Origin: an uncultured Desulfosarcina sp.
GTDB lineage: Bacteria > Desulfobacterota > Desulfobacteria > Desulfobacterales > Desulfosarcinaceae
Direction of reading: 5' to 3'
DNA: 64,000 nucleotides
Assembly (NCBI GenBank): GCA_963674945.2
Contig: CAXXWQ010000004.1
Location: 2,304,001-2,368,000, forward strand
Shown here piece by piece: positions 41,202-50,973 of the stretch (the first letter of the stretch is position 1; every line of letters starts with the position of its first letter). Under the pieces are notes generated by a model, which was not told the DNA's origin, searched no databases, and worked only from the letters and a program-made list of their open reading frames with translations. A program made the translations under genes and the position numbers.

Positions 41202-42668
41202 ATGACGCAGATGAAACTCACCGACAAAGGATTGCTTCGGCAACAAGATTACATCGACGGCAAATGGTTCGACGCACGATCGAAAAAAACGATACCGGTG
41301 ACCAATCCCGTCGACGGCACGCAACTGGGCACGGTTCCCGCCATCGATGCCGAGGAGACCCGGAAAGCCATCGCGGCAGCCCATGCGGCCTTCGGCTCCT
41401 GGTGTCGGCGAACCGCAAAGGAACGATCCGAAATTTTACTGCAATGGTACCGCCAGATTCTTGACCACCAAGCGGATCTGGCAACGATCCTCACCAGCGA
41501 GCAGGGAAAACCCCTATCCGAAGCGACCGGGGAGATCGCCTACGGCGCCGCCTTTATCCAATGGTTCGCCGAAGAGGCAAAAAGGGTGTATGGCGACACC
41601 ATACCCGCGGCCTCCCCGGACCAGCGGATTCTCGTGATCCGACAGCCGGTGGGCGTATGCGGCGCCATCACCCCCTGGAACTTTCCGGCTGCCATGATCA
41701 CCCGCAAGGCGGCACCGGCGCTGGCCGCCGGATGCACCATGGTGGTCAAACCGGCCAGCCAGACCCCCCTGACAGCCCTGGCCCTGGCCGAACTGGCGGA
41801 TCGCGCCGGGGTACCCGGAGGCGTATTCAACGTCATCACCGGATCCTCCTCTGAAATCGGCACGCAACTCACCGCCAGCCCCATTGTGAAAAAACTCAGT
41901 TTCACCGGTTCCACCGAGGTGGGGAGAACGCTCATGGCACAGTGTGCACAGACCGTCAAGAAGGTCTCCCTGGAGCTCGGGGGAAACGCTCCCTTCATCG
42001 TTTTCGACGACGCGGACCTTTCCCGGGCGGTGGAGGGAGCCATGATCTCCAAATACCGCAACTCGGGCCAGACCTGTGTCTGTGCCAATCGAATCTTCGT
42101 GCAGGAAGGCGTCTATGAAGACTTCAGCCGTCAGCTGGTGACCGCCGTGGAAGGACTCAAGGTGGGAAGTGGATTCTTGCCCGACGTGCAGCAGGGCCCG
42201 CTCATCGACCGGGCCGCCCTGGATAAGGTGTCCCACCACATCGAGGATGCCATTTCAAAGGGCGCCAAACTGCTTACCGGCGGAAGGCCGCACAGCCTGG
42301 GCGGGACCTTTTTTCAGCCGACCGTGCTGGCCGATGTGAAACCGGAAATGACCGTGGCTGTGGACGAAACCTTCGGTCCCGTGGCGCCTCTGATTCGGTT
42401 CTCGGCGGAAGAGGACGTGATCCAAATGGCCAATGACACGCCCTACGGCCTCGCCGCTTACTTTTATGCCCGGGACATGGGCCGAATCTTCCGGGTTGCC
42501 GAGGCATTGGAATATGGTATGGTGGGCATCAATACCGGCCTGATTTCCACCGAGGTGGCGCCTTTTGGCGGTGTGAAGCAATCGGGGATCGGCAGGGAGG
42601 GCTCCCGTTACGGTATGGATGAGTATCTGGAGTTAAAGTACCTGTGCCTTTCCGGCATAAAGGAATGA
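41202..42668 (+). CDS. gabD: NAD(P)-dependent succinate-semialdehyde dehydrogenase
   Basis: ITPWNFPAAMITRK, SFTGSTEVG, LELGGNAP, RNSGQTCVC, ETFGP, APFGGVKQSGIGREGS. Confidence 0.93.
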   Translation: MTQMKLTDKGLLRQQDYIDGKWFDARSKKTIPVTNPVDGTQLGTVPAIDAEETRKAIAAAHAAFGSWCRRTAKERSEILLQWYRQILDHQADLATILTSEQGKPLSEATGEIAYGAAFIQWFAEEAKRVYGDTIPAASPDQRILVIRQPVGVCGAITPWNFPAAMITRKAAPALAAGCTMVVKPASQTPLTALALAELADRAGVPGGVFNVITGSSSEIGTQLTASPIVKKLSFTGSTEVGRTLMAQCAQTVKKVSLELGGNAPFIVFDDADLSRAVEGAMISKYRNSGQTCVCANRIFVQEGVYEDFSRQLVTAVEGLKVGSGFLPDVQQGPLIDRAALDKVSHHIEDAISKGAKLLTGGRPHSLGGTFFQPTVLADVKPEMTVAVDETFGPVAPLIRFSAEEDVIQMANDTPYGLAAYFYARDMGRIFRVAEALEYGMVGINTGLISTEVAPFGGVKQSGIGREGSRYGMDEYLELKYLCLSGIKE

Positions 42669-42850
42669 CAACTTCGTAAAAAGCTTTTCCAGTCCACACA
42701 TGGCCAAACAATCGCATGCAAGAAACTCGTTATTATTTACTTCGCAGACAGATGGAGAAGAGGAAAAAGCTTTTTATAAAAAAGTCCTTTTTACTTGGAA
42801 TAATGAACGAGTTCCTTAGAAGTCCGAATCCGACGTTTTACGAGTTTATC
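42666..42850 (+). repeat. Miniature repeat, type 2 (both ends present)
   Basis: TGACAACTTCGTAAAAAGCTTTTCC...GGAAAAAGCTTTTT...CGACGTTTTACGAGTTTATC. Confidence 0.8.
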
Positions 42851-42869
42851 GAAAAATAAAGGAATAAAA

Positions 42870-44012
42870 ATGGTACAACCCATCTACCTGGATTATAACG
42901 GAACCACCCCCCATGACCCGGAAGTGATCGCGGCCATGCGGCCCTTTCTGGAAACCGAATTCGGCAATCCATCTTCCGGACACTGGTATGGGATTCGGCC
43001 CAAAAAAGCCGTGGAGACGGCACGGCGGCAGGTGGCGGCGCTTTTGGGCTGCGAACCCAAAGAGGTGTTTTTCACTTCCGGCGGTACCGAATCCAACAAC
43101 CACGCCATCAAGGGCATGGCCCGGGCGCTTTCGACAAAGGGTCGTCACATCGTCACCAGCACCATCGAACACCCGGCGGTATTGGAAGTCTGCCAATATT
43201 TGGAAAAAGAGGGATTCGAAACCACTTTCGTGGATGTGGATGAAGCGGGCATGATCGATGTGGCCGACGTGGCAGCGGCCATTCGGCCGGACACCGTCCT
43301 GATCACCATCATGCATGCCAACAACGAGGTGGGAACCATTCAGCCCATCGCCGAAATTGCCCGCATGGCAAGAGATCGGGGGATTGTCATGCATACCGAC
43401 GCGGCCCAGAGTGTCGGCAAGATCGAAACCGACGTACGAATGCTGGGGGTGGACCTGCTCTCGGTTGCCGGGCACAAAATCTATGCTCCCAAGGGGATCG
43501 GCGCCCTTTTCGTCAGGTCGGGCGTGATGCCCGTCAAATTTTGCCATGGCGCCGGCCAGGAAATGGGGTGGCGGGCCGGCACCGAAAATGTCCTTGAGAT
43601 CGTAGGCCTGGGAAAGGCATGCGAAATGGCGGATCGGAGCCTTTCCCATACCATGGCTCACCTTGAAGCCATGCGCGACCAGCTGCACCGGGGCATCGCA
43701 GCACAGGTGACGGATGTTCGCGTAAACGGCCATGGGGAAAAGCGTTTGCCCAACACCGTAAGTCTCTCATTCAAGGACCTGGAGGCGAACCGCATCCTGG
43801 AAGAGATCGGTTTGGAGGTGGCCGCTTCGGCCGGCGCCGCCTGCCACGCGGACACCGTCTCCGTATCCCACGTCCTTGCCGCCATGAACGTCCCTCTTTC
43901 CTGGGCCAAGGGAACCATTCGCTTTTCCACGGGGCGCATGACCACCGGTGAGCAGATCGAACGGGCAATCGTGGTCGTGGTAGACGCCGTCAATCGATTG
44001 CGCAATCACTAA
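42870..44012 (+). CDS. NifS/IscS-family cysteine desulfurase
   Basis: IYLDYNGTTP, FTSGGTESNN, HTDAAQ, GHKIYAPKG (PLP Lys), SAGAACH (catalytic Cys). Confidence 0.92.
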   Translation: MVQPIYLDYNGTTPHDPEVIAAMRPFLETEFGNPSSGHWYGIRPKKAVETARRQVAALLGCEPKEVFFTSGGTESNNHAIKGMARALSTKGRHIVTSTIEHPAVLEVCQYLEKEGFETTFVDVDEAGMIDVADVAAAIRPDTVLITIMHANNEVGTIQPIAEIARMARDRGIVMHTDAAQSVGKIETDVRMLGVDLLSVAGHKIYAPKGIGALFVRSGVMPVKFCHGAGQEMGWRAGTENVLEIVGLGKACEMADRSLSHTMAHLEAMRDQLHRGIAAQVTDVRVNGHGEKRLPNTVSLSFKDLEANRILEEIGLEVAASAGAACHADTVSVSHVLAAMNVPLSWAKGTIRFSTGRMTTGEQIERAIVVVVDAVNRLRNH

Positions 44013-44046
44013 TTATTGCCCATCCAGAAGGAGGAAAACACCAATC

Positions 44047-45729
44047 ATGAGCACTGATCCCAACAAAGTGATCTATTCCATGGTCCGCGTGAGTAAATTT
44101 TACGATAAAAAGCCGGTGATCAAAGACATCTCTCTCAGCTATTTCTACGGGGCCAAGATCGGCGTGCTGGGACTCAACGGCTCCGGCAAAAGCACCCTGC
44201 TTAAGATCATGGCCGGCGAGGACACTGAATTCAACGGCGAAACCATCCTTTCCAAAGGGTATACCATCGGCTACCTGGAACAGGAGCCGCTGGTGGACGA
44301 AACCAAGACCGTCAAGGAAATCGTCCAGGAAGGCGTCCAGGAAATCGTGGACCTGATGGACGAATTCAACCGGATCAACGAACAATTCGCCGAACCCATG
44401 ACCGACGACGAAATGGACAAATTGATCCAGCAACAGGGAGAGGTCCAGGAGAAACTCGATGCGTTGGATGCCTGGGATCTGGACGCCCGGCTGGAGATGG
44501 CCATGGATGCCCTGCGCTGCCCGCCGGGAGACACACCGGTGAACGTGGTATCCGGTGGCGAGCGCCGGCGGGTGGCCCTTTGCCGACTTCTGCTGCAAAA
44601 GCCGGACATCCTTCTTCTGGACGAACCCACAAACCACCTGGATGCCGAGTCCGTGGCCTGGCTGGAACAGCACCTTCAGCAGTATCCGGGCACCATCATC
44701 GCCGTCACCCACGATCGCTACTTTCTGGACAACGTGGCCGGGTGGATCCTGGAACTGGATCGTGGCCACGGCATCCCGTGGAAGGGCAATTACAGTTCCT
44801 GGCTGGAACAGAAACAAAATCGCCTGGCCCAGGAGGAAAAATCCGAAGGCGAACGGCAACGGACCCTCAAGAGGGAATTGGAATGGATCCGGATGGCACC
44901 AAAAGGCCGCCGGGCCAAATCCAAGGCGCGCGTCACCGCTTACGAAAAGCTGCTGGGCCAGGAGAGTGAGCAGTTGGCCAAAGAGCTTCAGATCTATGTC
45001 CCGCCGGGCCCGCGTCTGGGAAATGTGGTCATCCAGGCAGACAAGGTAACGAAAAGTTACGGTGACAAACTTCTGGTGGAGAATATGACCTTTTCCCTTC
45101 CACCCGGTGGCATCGTCGGGATCATCGGACCCAACGGCGCGGGGAAAACAACCTTGTTCCGCATGATTACCGGGCAGGATGGGCCGGACACCGGAACCAT
45201 TCATGTGGGAGAGACCGTTGAACTGGCCTATGTGGACCAGAGCCGCGACGTGCTGGACCCGGAGAAAAATATCTGGGAAATGATTTCAGACGGCCAGGAT
45301 ACCATCGAACTGGGGAAAAGGCAGGTCAACTCCCGGGCCTACGTGGCCCGTTTCAATTTTTCCGGATCCGACCAGCAAAAGAAGGTGGGGGTGCTTTCCG
45401 GCGGCGAACGAAACCGGGTTCACCTGGCCCGCATGCTCAAATCCGGGGCCAACGTATTGCTCCTCGACGAACCGACCAACGATTTGGATGTCAATACCAT
45501 GCGGGCACTGGAAGAAGCCCTGGAAAATTTCGGCGGGTGTGCGGTGGTCATCAGCCACGACCGCTGGTTTCTGGACCGGATCGCCACCCACATCCTCGCC
45601 TTCGAGGGGGACAGCCGGGTGGTCTGGTTTGAAGGCAACTACTCCGACTATGAAAAGGACCGGAAAAAGCGACTGGGGGTTGCCGCCGACCAGCCCCACC
45701 GGATCAAGTATCGGCAGCTGACCCGGTGA
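44047..45729 (+). CDS. ettA: ABC-F translational throttle protein EttA
   Basis: GAKIGVLGLNGSGKST, two ABC cassettes without TMs, LLLDEPTN twice, C-terminal PHRIKYRQL. Confidence 0.95.
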   Translation: MSTDPNKVIYSMVRVSKFYDKKPVIKDISLSYFYGAKIGVLGLNGSGKSTLLKIMAGEDTEFNGETILSKGYTIGYLEQEPLVDETKTVKEIVQEGVQEIVDLMDEFNRINEQFAEPMTDDEMDKLIQQQGEVQEKLDALDAWDLDARLEMAMDALRCPPGDTPVNVVSGGERRRVALCRLLLQKPDILLLDEPTNHLDAESVAWLEQHLQQYPGTIIAVTHDRYFLDNVAGWILELDRGHGIPWKGNYSSWLEQKQNRLAQEEKSEGERQRTLKRELEWIRMAPKGRRAKSKARVTAYEKLLGQESEQLAKELQIYVPPGPRLGNVVIQADKVTKSYGDKLLVENMTFSLPPGGIVGIIGPNGAGKTTLFRMITGQDGPDTGTIHVGETVELAYVDQSRDVLDPEKNIWEMISDGQDTIELGKRQVNSRAYVARFNFSGSDQQKKVGVLSGGERNRVHLARMLKSGANVLLLDEPTNDLDVNTMRALEEALENFGGCAVVISHDRWFLDRIATHILAFEGDSRVVWFEGNYSDYEKDRKKRLGVAADQPHRIKYRQLTR

Positions 45730-45755
45730 CGCGTTGCTTCCATGAAAGTGTCGAC

Positions 45756-46337
45756 ATGACAGCCTATCCCATCGTTACCATTGAATTGCCGGACTGGATC
45801 GACGCCACTTTGTCCCGGAAACGCACGGTCTGTCCCACCATGGCCGACCGCATGGCCCTGGTGATCGACCTGGCCGGAAAAAACGTGGCCGAAGGCACGG
45901 GCGGTCCCTTCGGTTCGGGGATATTCGAAATGGAATCGGGGCGTCTGGTGGCACCCGGAGTCAATCTGGTGGAGACGGCCAACAATTCGGTGGCCCATGC
46001 CGAGATCACCGCCATCATGGTGGCCCAAAAGATACTGGGGACTTATGATCTGGGGCAAGAAAATCTGCCTGCCATGGAATTGGTCACCAGCACCGAACCT
46101 TGTGCCATGTGTCTGGGGGCCGTGATCTGGAGCGGGGTGAAGCGACTGACATGTGCCGCCCGGGATGAGGACGCCCGTAGAATCGGATTCGACGAAGGAC
46201 CCAAACCAGACGACTGGACCGGTGAACTGCATAAGCGGGGAATCGCGCTCATCCGGGATGTCCGCCGGGAGGAGGCGATTGCGGTACTGGAACAGTACGG
46301 GAAAAGCGGGGGCCTGATTTACAATGCGACCCGATGA
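45756..46337 (+). CDS. Zn-dependent nucleoside/guanine deaminase family
   Basis: GGPFG, HAE and EPCAMC motifs; GFDEGPK. Confidence 0.88.
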   Translation: MTAYPIVTIELPDWIDATLSRKRTVCPTMADRMALVIDLAGKNVAEGTGGPFGSGIFEMESGRLVAPGVNLVETANNSVAHAEITAIMVAQKILGTYDLGQENLPAMELVTSTEPCAMCLGAVIWSGVKRLTCAARDEDARRIGFDEGPKPDDWTGELHKRGIALIRDVRREEAIAVLEQYGKSGGLIYNATR

Positions 46338-46393
46338 GACCATCAATCTTTACGCATCCGTCCGAACAGCGACGTTTTACGAGACCATCAATC
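46336..46393 (-). repeat. Miniature repeat, type 3 (double terminal unit) with a 13-bp direct repeat
   Basis: Reverse complement ATTGATGGTCTCGTAAAACGTCGCTGTTCGGACGGATGCGTAAA closely matches 58683-58726; GAGACCATCAATC occurs at 46336 and 46381. Confidence 0.75.
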
Positions 46394-46451
46394 CTGACGT
46401 AGTGTCCGTCCAGAAACAGGTCTTTTATGGATGGGCATCAGAGAGGTCTGT

Positions 46452-47795
46452 ATGACGATAGAATCCTTGAAAACCAAAGCGGAAACAATGGTCGTATCCC
46501 TTCGACATGCGATCTGGCGGCCTCGCCAGGAAAACCAGTCCGCGGCAAATTGGTTCCTGGTTCGATTGGCGCGCACGACGATTTTGTCGGCAAAGGGATT
46601 TATCCAACACCGGGGAACCCTGCGGGCCTCCTCTCTCACCTTTTTTACACTGCTCTCGCTGGTTCCGGTCGCGGCAATGGCATTTGGCATCGCCAAGGGT
46701 TTCGGTTTCGAAAAACGGCTCCAGCGGGAACTCCTGGAAAACTTTCCCGCCCAGCAGGAGGTGGTCCAACAGGTCATCGGATTCGCCCAGAACCTGCTGG
46801 ACAACACCAAGGGGGGGATGATCGCCGGTATCGGTATCGTGGTCCTCTTCTGGGCGGTCATCCGCGTGCTGAGCAACATCGAAAATTCATTCAACCACAT
46901 CTGGGGGGTGCGCTCGAGAACCTTCATACGAAAGCTGAGCGATTACCTGACCATCATGCTCATCTGTCCGTTGCTGGTGATCATGTCGGGCAGCGTCACG
47001 GTTTTCATCAAAAGTCAGGTCTCGGCCATCTCCGGCCGGTTCGAACTTCTACAGATGATGGGGCCCGTTATCTACACGGGGCTTCAGTTCCTGCCCTTCA
47101 CCCTCATCTGGCTGCTGTTCACCCTCATCTATATTATCATGCCCAACACACGGGTGCGTTTCGACGGCGCCCTGCTGGCCGGTGTGGTTGCCGGCTCTGC
47201 TTATCAGATCCTTCAAGCCGCATACATCCACTTTCAGATTAACGTCGCCAAATACAACGCCATCTATGGCAGTTTTGCCGCCCTTCCTCTGTTCTTGGTC
47301 TGGTTGCAGATCAGCTGGTTCATTGTTCTCATTGGTGCGGAGATCTCCTATGCCTTTCAGAATTCCCTATATACGGCCCATGCGGACGATGGAGAAAGTT
47401 TGAACATCCAGCAGACCCGATTCCTCGCCCTGGCCATCTGTCATTATGTGGTCCAACGCTTTTCCGAAGGAAAGCCGGCCCAGACGAGCAAAGAGATCGG
47501 AGAAGCGCTTTCTCTGTCGCCGTTACTGGTGGATGATTTGTCCGGCCTTCTGGTACAGGGAAATATCCTGGTTCCAACCAAAGGAAACGGTCGCAACGAA
47601 TCGTTCGCCCTCCTGCCGGCCCGGGACATCGGCGGGTTGACGGTCAATTCGGTGATAACGGCCATAGAGAAGGCGGGTGGCAAGGATTGGCCCCTTGCCG
47701 AGTGGTCCGGGAACGGCAACTTGTCCGAGACCCTGGCGGCATTTCGTTCGGAACTGGATCGATCCCAAGCCAACCGACTGGTAAAGGACTTGTAA
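46452..47795 (+). CDS. YihY/BrkB-family membrane protein with C-terminal winged helix
   Basis: ASSLTFFTLLSLVP, IENSFNHIWG, YNAIYGSFAALPLFLVWLQISWFIVLIGAEI. Confidence 0.9.
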   Translation: MTIESLKTKAETMVVSLRHAIWRPRQENQSAANWFLVRLARTTILSAKGFIQHRGTLRASSLTFFTLLSLVPVAAMAFGIAKGFGFEKRLQRELLENFPAQQEVVQQVIGFAQNLLDNTKGGMIAGIGIVVLFWAVIRVLSNIENSFNHIWGVRSRTFIRKLSDYLTIMLICPLLVIMSGSVTVFIKSQVSAISGRFELLQMMGPVIYTGLQFLPFTLIWLLFTLIYIIMPNTRVRFDGALLAGVVAGSAYQILQAAYIHFQINVAKYNAIYGSFAALPLFLVWLQISWFIVLIGAEISYAFQNSLYTAHADDGESLNIQQTRFLALAICHYVVQRFSEGKPAQTSKEIGEALSLSPLLVDDLSGLLVQGNILVPTKGNGRNESFALLPARDIGGLTVNSVITAIEKAGGKDWPLAEWSGNGNLSETLAAFRSELDRSQANRLVKDL

Positions 47796-47826
47796 TCCAA
47801 AGCGAAAAGCCGTATTGGAGCAATCC

Positions 47827-48462
47827 ATGGTATTGTTTCTCACCCTCTTTGCAACATCGTTCATCGTGGCCCTCTCCGGGGCCGTCATGCCGGGACCGCT
47901 GCTCACCGTCACAGTGAGCGAGAGCACACGCCGCGGTATCATGACCGGGCCCCTGCTCATCGTCGGCCATGCCCTGTTGGAACTGGCCCTCGTATTGGCC
48001 CTGCTCATGGGCCTTGCCCCCCTGTTACAAAACAAACCGGTATTCATCGCCATCGCCCTGGCCGGTTCCGCCGTTTTGTTGTGGATGGGCGTCGGCATGA
48101 TCAGATCCCTGCCCTCCATGAAACTGACGGTGGATGATGATCGGGGCAGGGGCGGCAACCTGATCCTCTCCGGTGCATTGCTCAGCCTGGTCAACCCATA
48201 TTGGACGATTTGGTGGGCAACCATCGGCCTCGGATACATCCTTCACAGCATGAATTCCGGCACACTGGGCGTGATGGCCTTCTTCACCGGCCACGTGGCC
48301 GGTGACCTTTTCTGGTATACTTTCGTCTCCACCGCCATCTGGAAGGGACGCAAGCTACTTTCGGACCGCAGCTATCGAGTGCTCATCGGAACATGCGCAA
48401 TCTTTCTGATCGTCTTCTCCGGCCTGTTCGCCTGGTCCGGCGTGCAGCGACTCTTCACCTGA
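47827..48462 (+). CDS. LysE-family transporter
   Basis: SGAVMPGPL, GHALLEL, LVNPYWTIWW; hydrophobic; GGAG RBS. Confidence 0.88.
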   Translation: MVLFLTLFATSFIVALSGAVMPGPLLTVTVSESTRRGIMTGPLLIVGHALLELALVLALLMGLAPLLQNKPVFIAIALAGSAVLLWMGVGMIRSLPSMKLTVDDDRGRGGNLILSGALLSLVNPYWTIWWATIGLGYILHSMNSGTLGVMAFFTGHVAGDLFWYTFVSTAIWKGRKLLSDRSYRVLIGTCAIFLIVFSGLFAWSGVQRLFT

Positions 48463-48605
48463 CATAGCTCTTGTTTCTTGCCATCATCCGTGGTATCTGC
48501 CGATGCAAACCTGTTAAAATTCAATCACTACAAAAATGAAAATCGGCGCCGAGCCCGTCGTTATACCGAAGGTGCCGGGAGGACGTTTTCAAGGAGGGGT
48601 GGAAC

Positions 48606-49103
48606 ATGGCAAACCAGGGCAAGTATTCGGCATGGATATTGGTTTTGATTCTGGCGGTATGTCTTCAGATTGTGTTTGTTGTTGCGGACTGCAAGGAGTC
48701 GGCTACGACGACGGCAATTGAATTCACCAACGCATATTTCATGCTGGACACGGAATTGAACGACTTCGTTTGCCAGGATCTCGCAGGTGACGACGAAGCT
48801 TCCGCCACGGCCGCCTATCTGCAATCCATGTCCGATGAGGCCCGCGAAATGGGATTCGGAACGGGTATGGTCAGGAAGAAGATCTACCACGTCGAGACCG
48901 AGACCATTGCCCAGGATGCCGAAACCGCCACGATCCATATCAAGGGACATCATCGTACCTGTATCCACCCGGTCTTTACCTGGGTAGCCAAGTTGTTTCG
49001 GTTGGGAAGGGCGCATGAATTCGAAGAGACCCTGAAGCTGGTAAAAGAGGATGGCAAATGGAAGGTTTGTGGTGCCCCTTTTGGTTTGGTCTCGGAGGTA
49101 TAG
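48606..49103 (+). CDS. Hypothetical membrane-anchored protein
   Basis: RBS AGGAGG; one N-terminal TM; C-terminal LVKEDGKWKV. Confidence 0.75.
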   Translation: MANQGKYSAWILVLILAVCLQIVFVVADCKESATTTAIEFTNAYFMLDTELNDFVCQDLAGDDEASATAAYLQSMSDEAREMGFGTGMVRKKIYHVETETIAQDAETATIHIKGHHRTCIHPVFTWVAKLFRLGRAHEFEETLKLVKEDGKWKVCGAPFGLVSEV

Positions 49104-49199
49104 GCAGTAAAAACGGATAGAAGGCGTCGGATCGACGTCTTTTTCCCTCCCGTACGGCCTTGTATCCATAAACGGCCGAATTACCCACTGAAATCGCCA

Positions 49200-49958
49200 T
49201 TGGACGACGTATATCGAAAAATTCGAAAGATCGCCCGAAAAATCGCCGCCCGCTACCCCTTGCCCGATTTTTACGGAGATCATCCATCCGAAGTCGCTCA
49301 ATCTCACCATTTTTTTCGTTCCGATGCAGCCATCATACGCCTTCGCAAGGATATGGTCCGTCGCCTGGATGACGATTTCGGCCACGGCATGGGTCACGTC
49401 GAAAAAGTGGCGCTTGATGCCGGCACCCTTGCAATCATCGAAAGCAGACGGATCGGTCAGCCCAAAGCGCAGGTCGAGCGGAACCTGCTCATGGTTCAAT
49501 GCGCCGGTCTCCTCCATGACATCCGTCGAAAAGAAAAATCCCATGCCGAAAAAGGCGCCGAAGCGGCGTACCGGATATTACAGACCTACCCGTTGATTCC
49601 CGAAGAGATCAAACACGTCTGCGCCGCAATTCGCAACCACGAGGCGTTCACGCCGCTTGCGCGATTGCCTGCAGAACAGGCCCGCATGATTTCGGACTGC
49701 CTTTACGATGCGGACAAATTTCGATGGGGACCGGATAATTTTACCCACACGATTTGGGATATGGTGGGGTTTTTGGGACCTTCGCTGGAAGCATTCGTGG
49801 ACCACTACCCCAGTGGGATGAGCCGTCTGCGAAGAATTCGGGCCACGTTTCGCTCCGAAACCGGCCGGCGGTATGGGCCTCAATTCATCGACATGGGAAT
49901 CGCCATCGGTGAAGAGCTCTACCAGGTGATCATCGCCGACTTTGTCGATCATTCATGA
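49200..49958 (+). CDS. HD-domain protein
   Basis: GHGMGH...LLHDI...H...NHE...LYDADK. Confidence 0.85.
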   Translation: MDDVYRKIRKIARKIAARYPLPDFYGDHPSEVAQSHHFFRSDAAIIRLRKDMVRRLDDDFGHGMGHVEKVALDAGTLAIIESRRIGQPKAQVERNLLMVQCAGLLHDIRRKEKSHAEKGAEAAYRILQTYPLIPEEIKHVCAAIRNHEAFTPLARLPAEQARMISDCLYDADKFRWGPDNFTHTIWDMVGFLGPSLEAFVDHYPSGMSRLRRIRATFRSETGRRYGPQFIDMGIAIGEELYQVIIADFVDHS

Positions 49959-50114
49959 AATTTTTCCTCATTTGAATTTGTCATCTGCCCGTTGGTGGCT
50001 ACACTTTTTTGGGATAAATCTCGAAAATCGCATCAATGGATCAACAATTGACTGGCATCTTGGTCGATTTTATGTTAGCCCAGTAAGGTTTATTTGGTTA
50101 GAATGATAGGGGCT

Positions 50115-50777
50115 ATGATGCAAAATCGCATACTTGTCATCGCAACCCGCAACAAGGGCAAGACTGCCGAAATCAGGGATCTGCTGGATCCGTTTCCCAT
50201 CACGATAAAGAATCTGGACGACTTCGGACCCATCCCCGAGGTGGTGGAAGATGGCGATACCTTCGATGAAAACGCTTACAAAAAGGCAAGCTTCACCGCT
50301 CGTGTATTGGGTTATCCGGCGCTTTCCGACGACTCCGGACTGGTAGTGGCGGCACTGGACGGCGCACCGGGCGTTCACAGCGCCCGATATGCCGGTCCCG
50401 ATGCCACCGATGCCCAGCGATGCGATAAATTGCTACAGGAGATGGAGAATCATACCAACCGGCAGGCCGCCTTCGAATGCGTGATTTCCCTCGCGGTCCC
50501 TTCTGGACCGGCCCTTACCTACGAAGCACGCTGCGACGGGGAAATTTCCCTTCATCCTGTGGGCACCAACGGTTTCGGTTACGACCCGGTCTTTTATTAC
50601 CCACCGTATGAGAAGACATTCGCCCAAATGACCATGGCGGAAAAAAGCCGCGTCAGTCACAGGGGAAAGGCACTCATGGAACTTCGGGATGAATTTCATA
50701 AGGTGATCAAATGGATCGACAGGCATATGCCCGATCCGATGATCGCCGGTTGCCAGGGAGAAGATGGTGACAACTGA
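50115..50777 (+). CDS. rdgB: XTP/dITP diphosphatase (HAM1 family)
   Basis: IATRNKGK, ENAYKKA, DDSGL, PGVHSARY, GFGYDPVF, SHRGKA. Confidence 0.94.
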   Translation: MMQNRILVIATRNKGKTAEIRDLLDPFPITIKNLDDFGPIPEVVEDGDTFDENAYKKASFTARVLGYPALSDDSGLVVAALDGAPGVHSARYAGPDATDAQRCDKLLQEMENHTNRQAAFECVISLAVPSGPALTYEARCDGEISLHPVGTNGFGYDPVFYYPPYEKTFAQMTMAEKSRVSHRGKALMELRDEFHKVIKWIDRHMPDPMIAGCQGEDGDN

Positions 50778-50973
50778 TTCGTTGTATTCAAACCGGGGGC
50801 CTTGCACCCGGAACCAGCCCGAACGATACAGCACTGACGTTGTTTTGACGCGGAAAAACAGCCAAACAAAGGGCTGCCAGGACAATACGTATGCGGATCG
50901 CGAATAAACCGATACGACATACAGCCTGGAGAAGGCCCATTCCATATATACTACCGACAAAGGGGTGAAACGC

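Noticed and set aside
42666..42720. TGA followed by a hairpin as possible selenocysteine readthrough (also at the gltB end)
   Set aside because: The proteins are already complete at the TGA and the hairpin belongs to the dispersed repeat.
42870..44012. Cysteine desulfurase as a dedicated selenocysteine lyase (GAACH motif)
   Set aside because: The motif alone cannot assign specificity and there are no selenium-related neighbours.
39418..45204. Long alternative or antisense ORFs (39418-40890, 39542-41053, 43990-45204)
   Set aside because: They overlap well-supported mscS and ettA genes and give motif-free translations.
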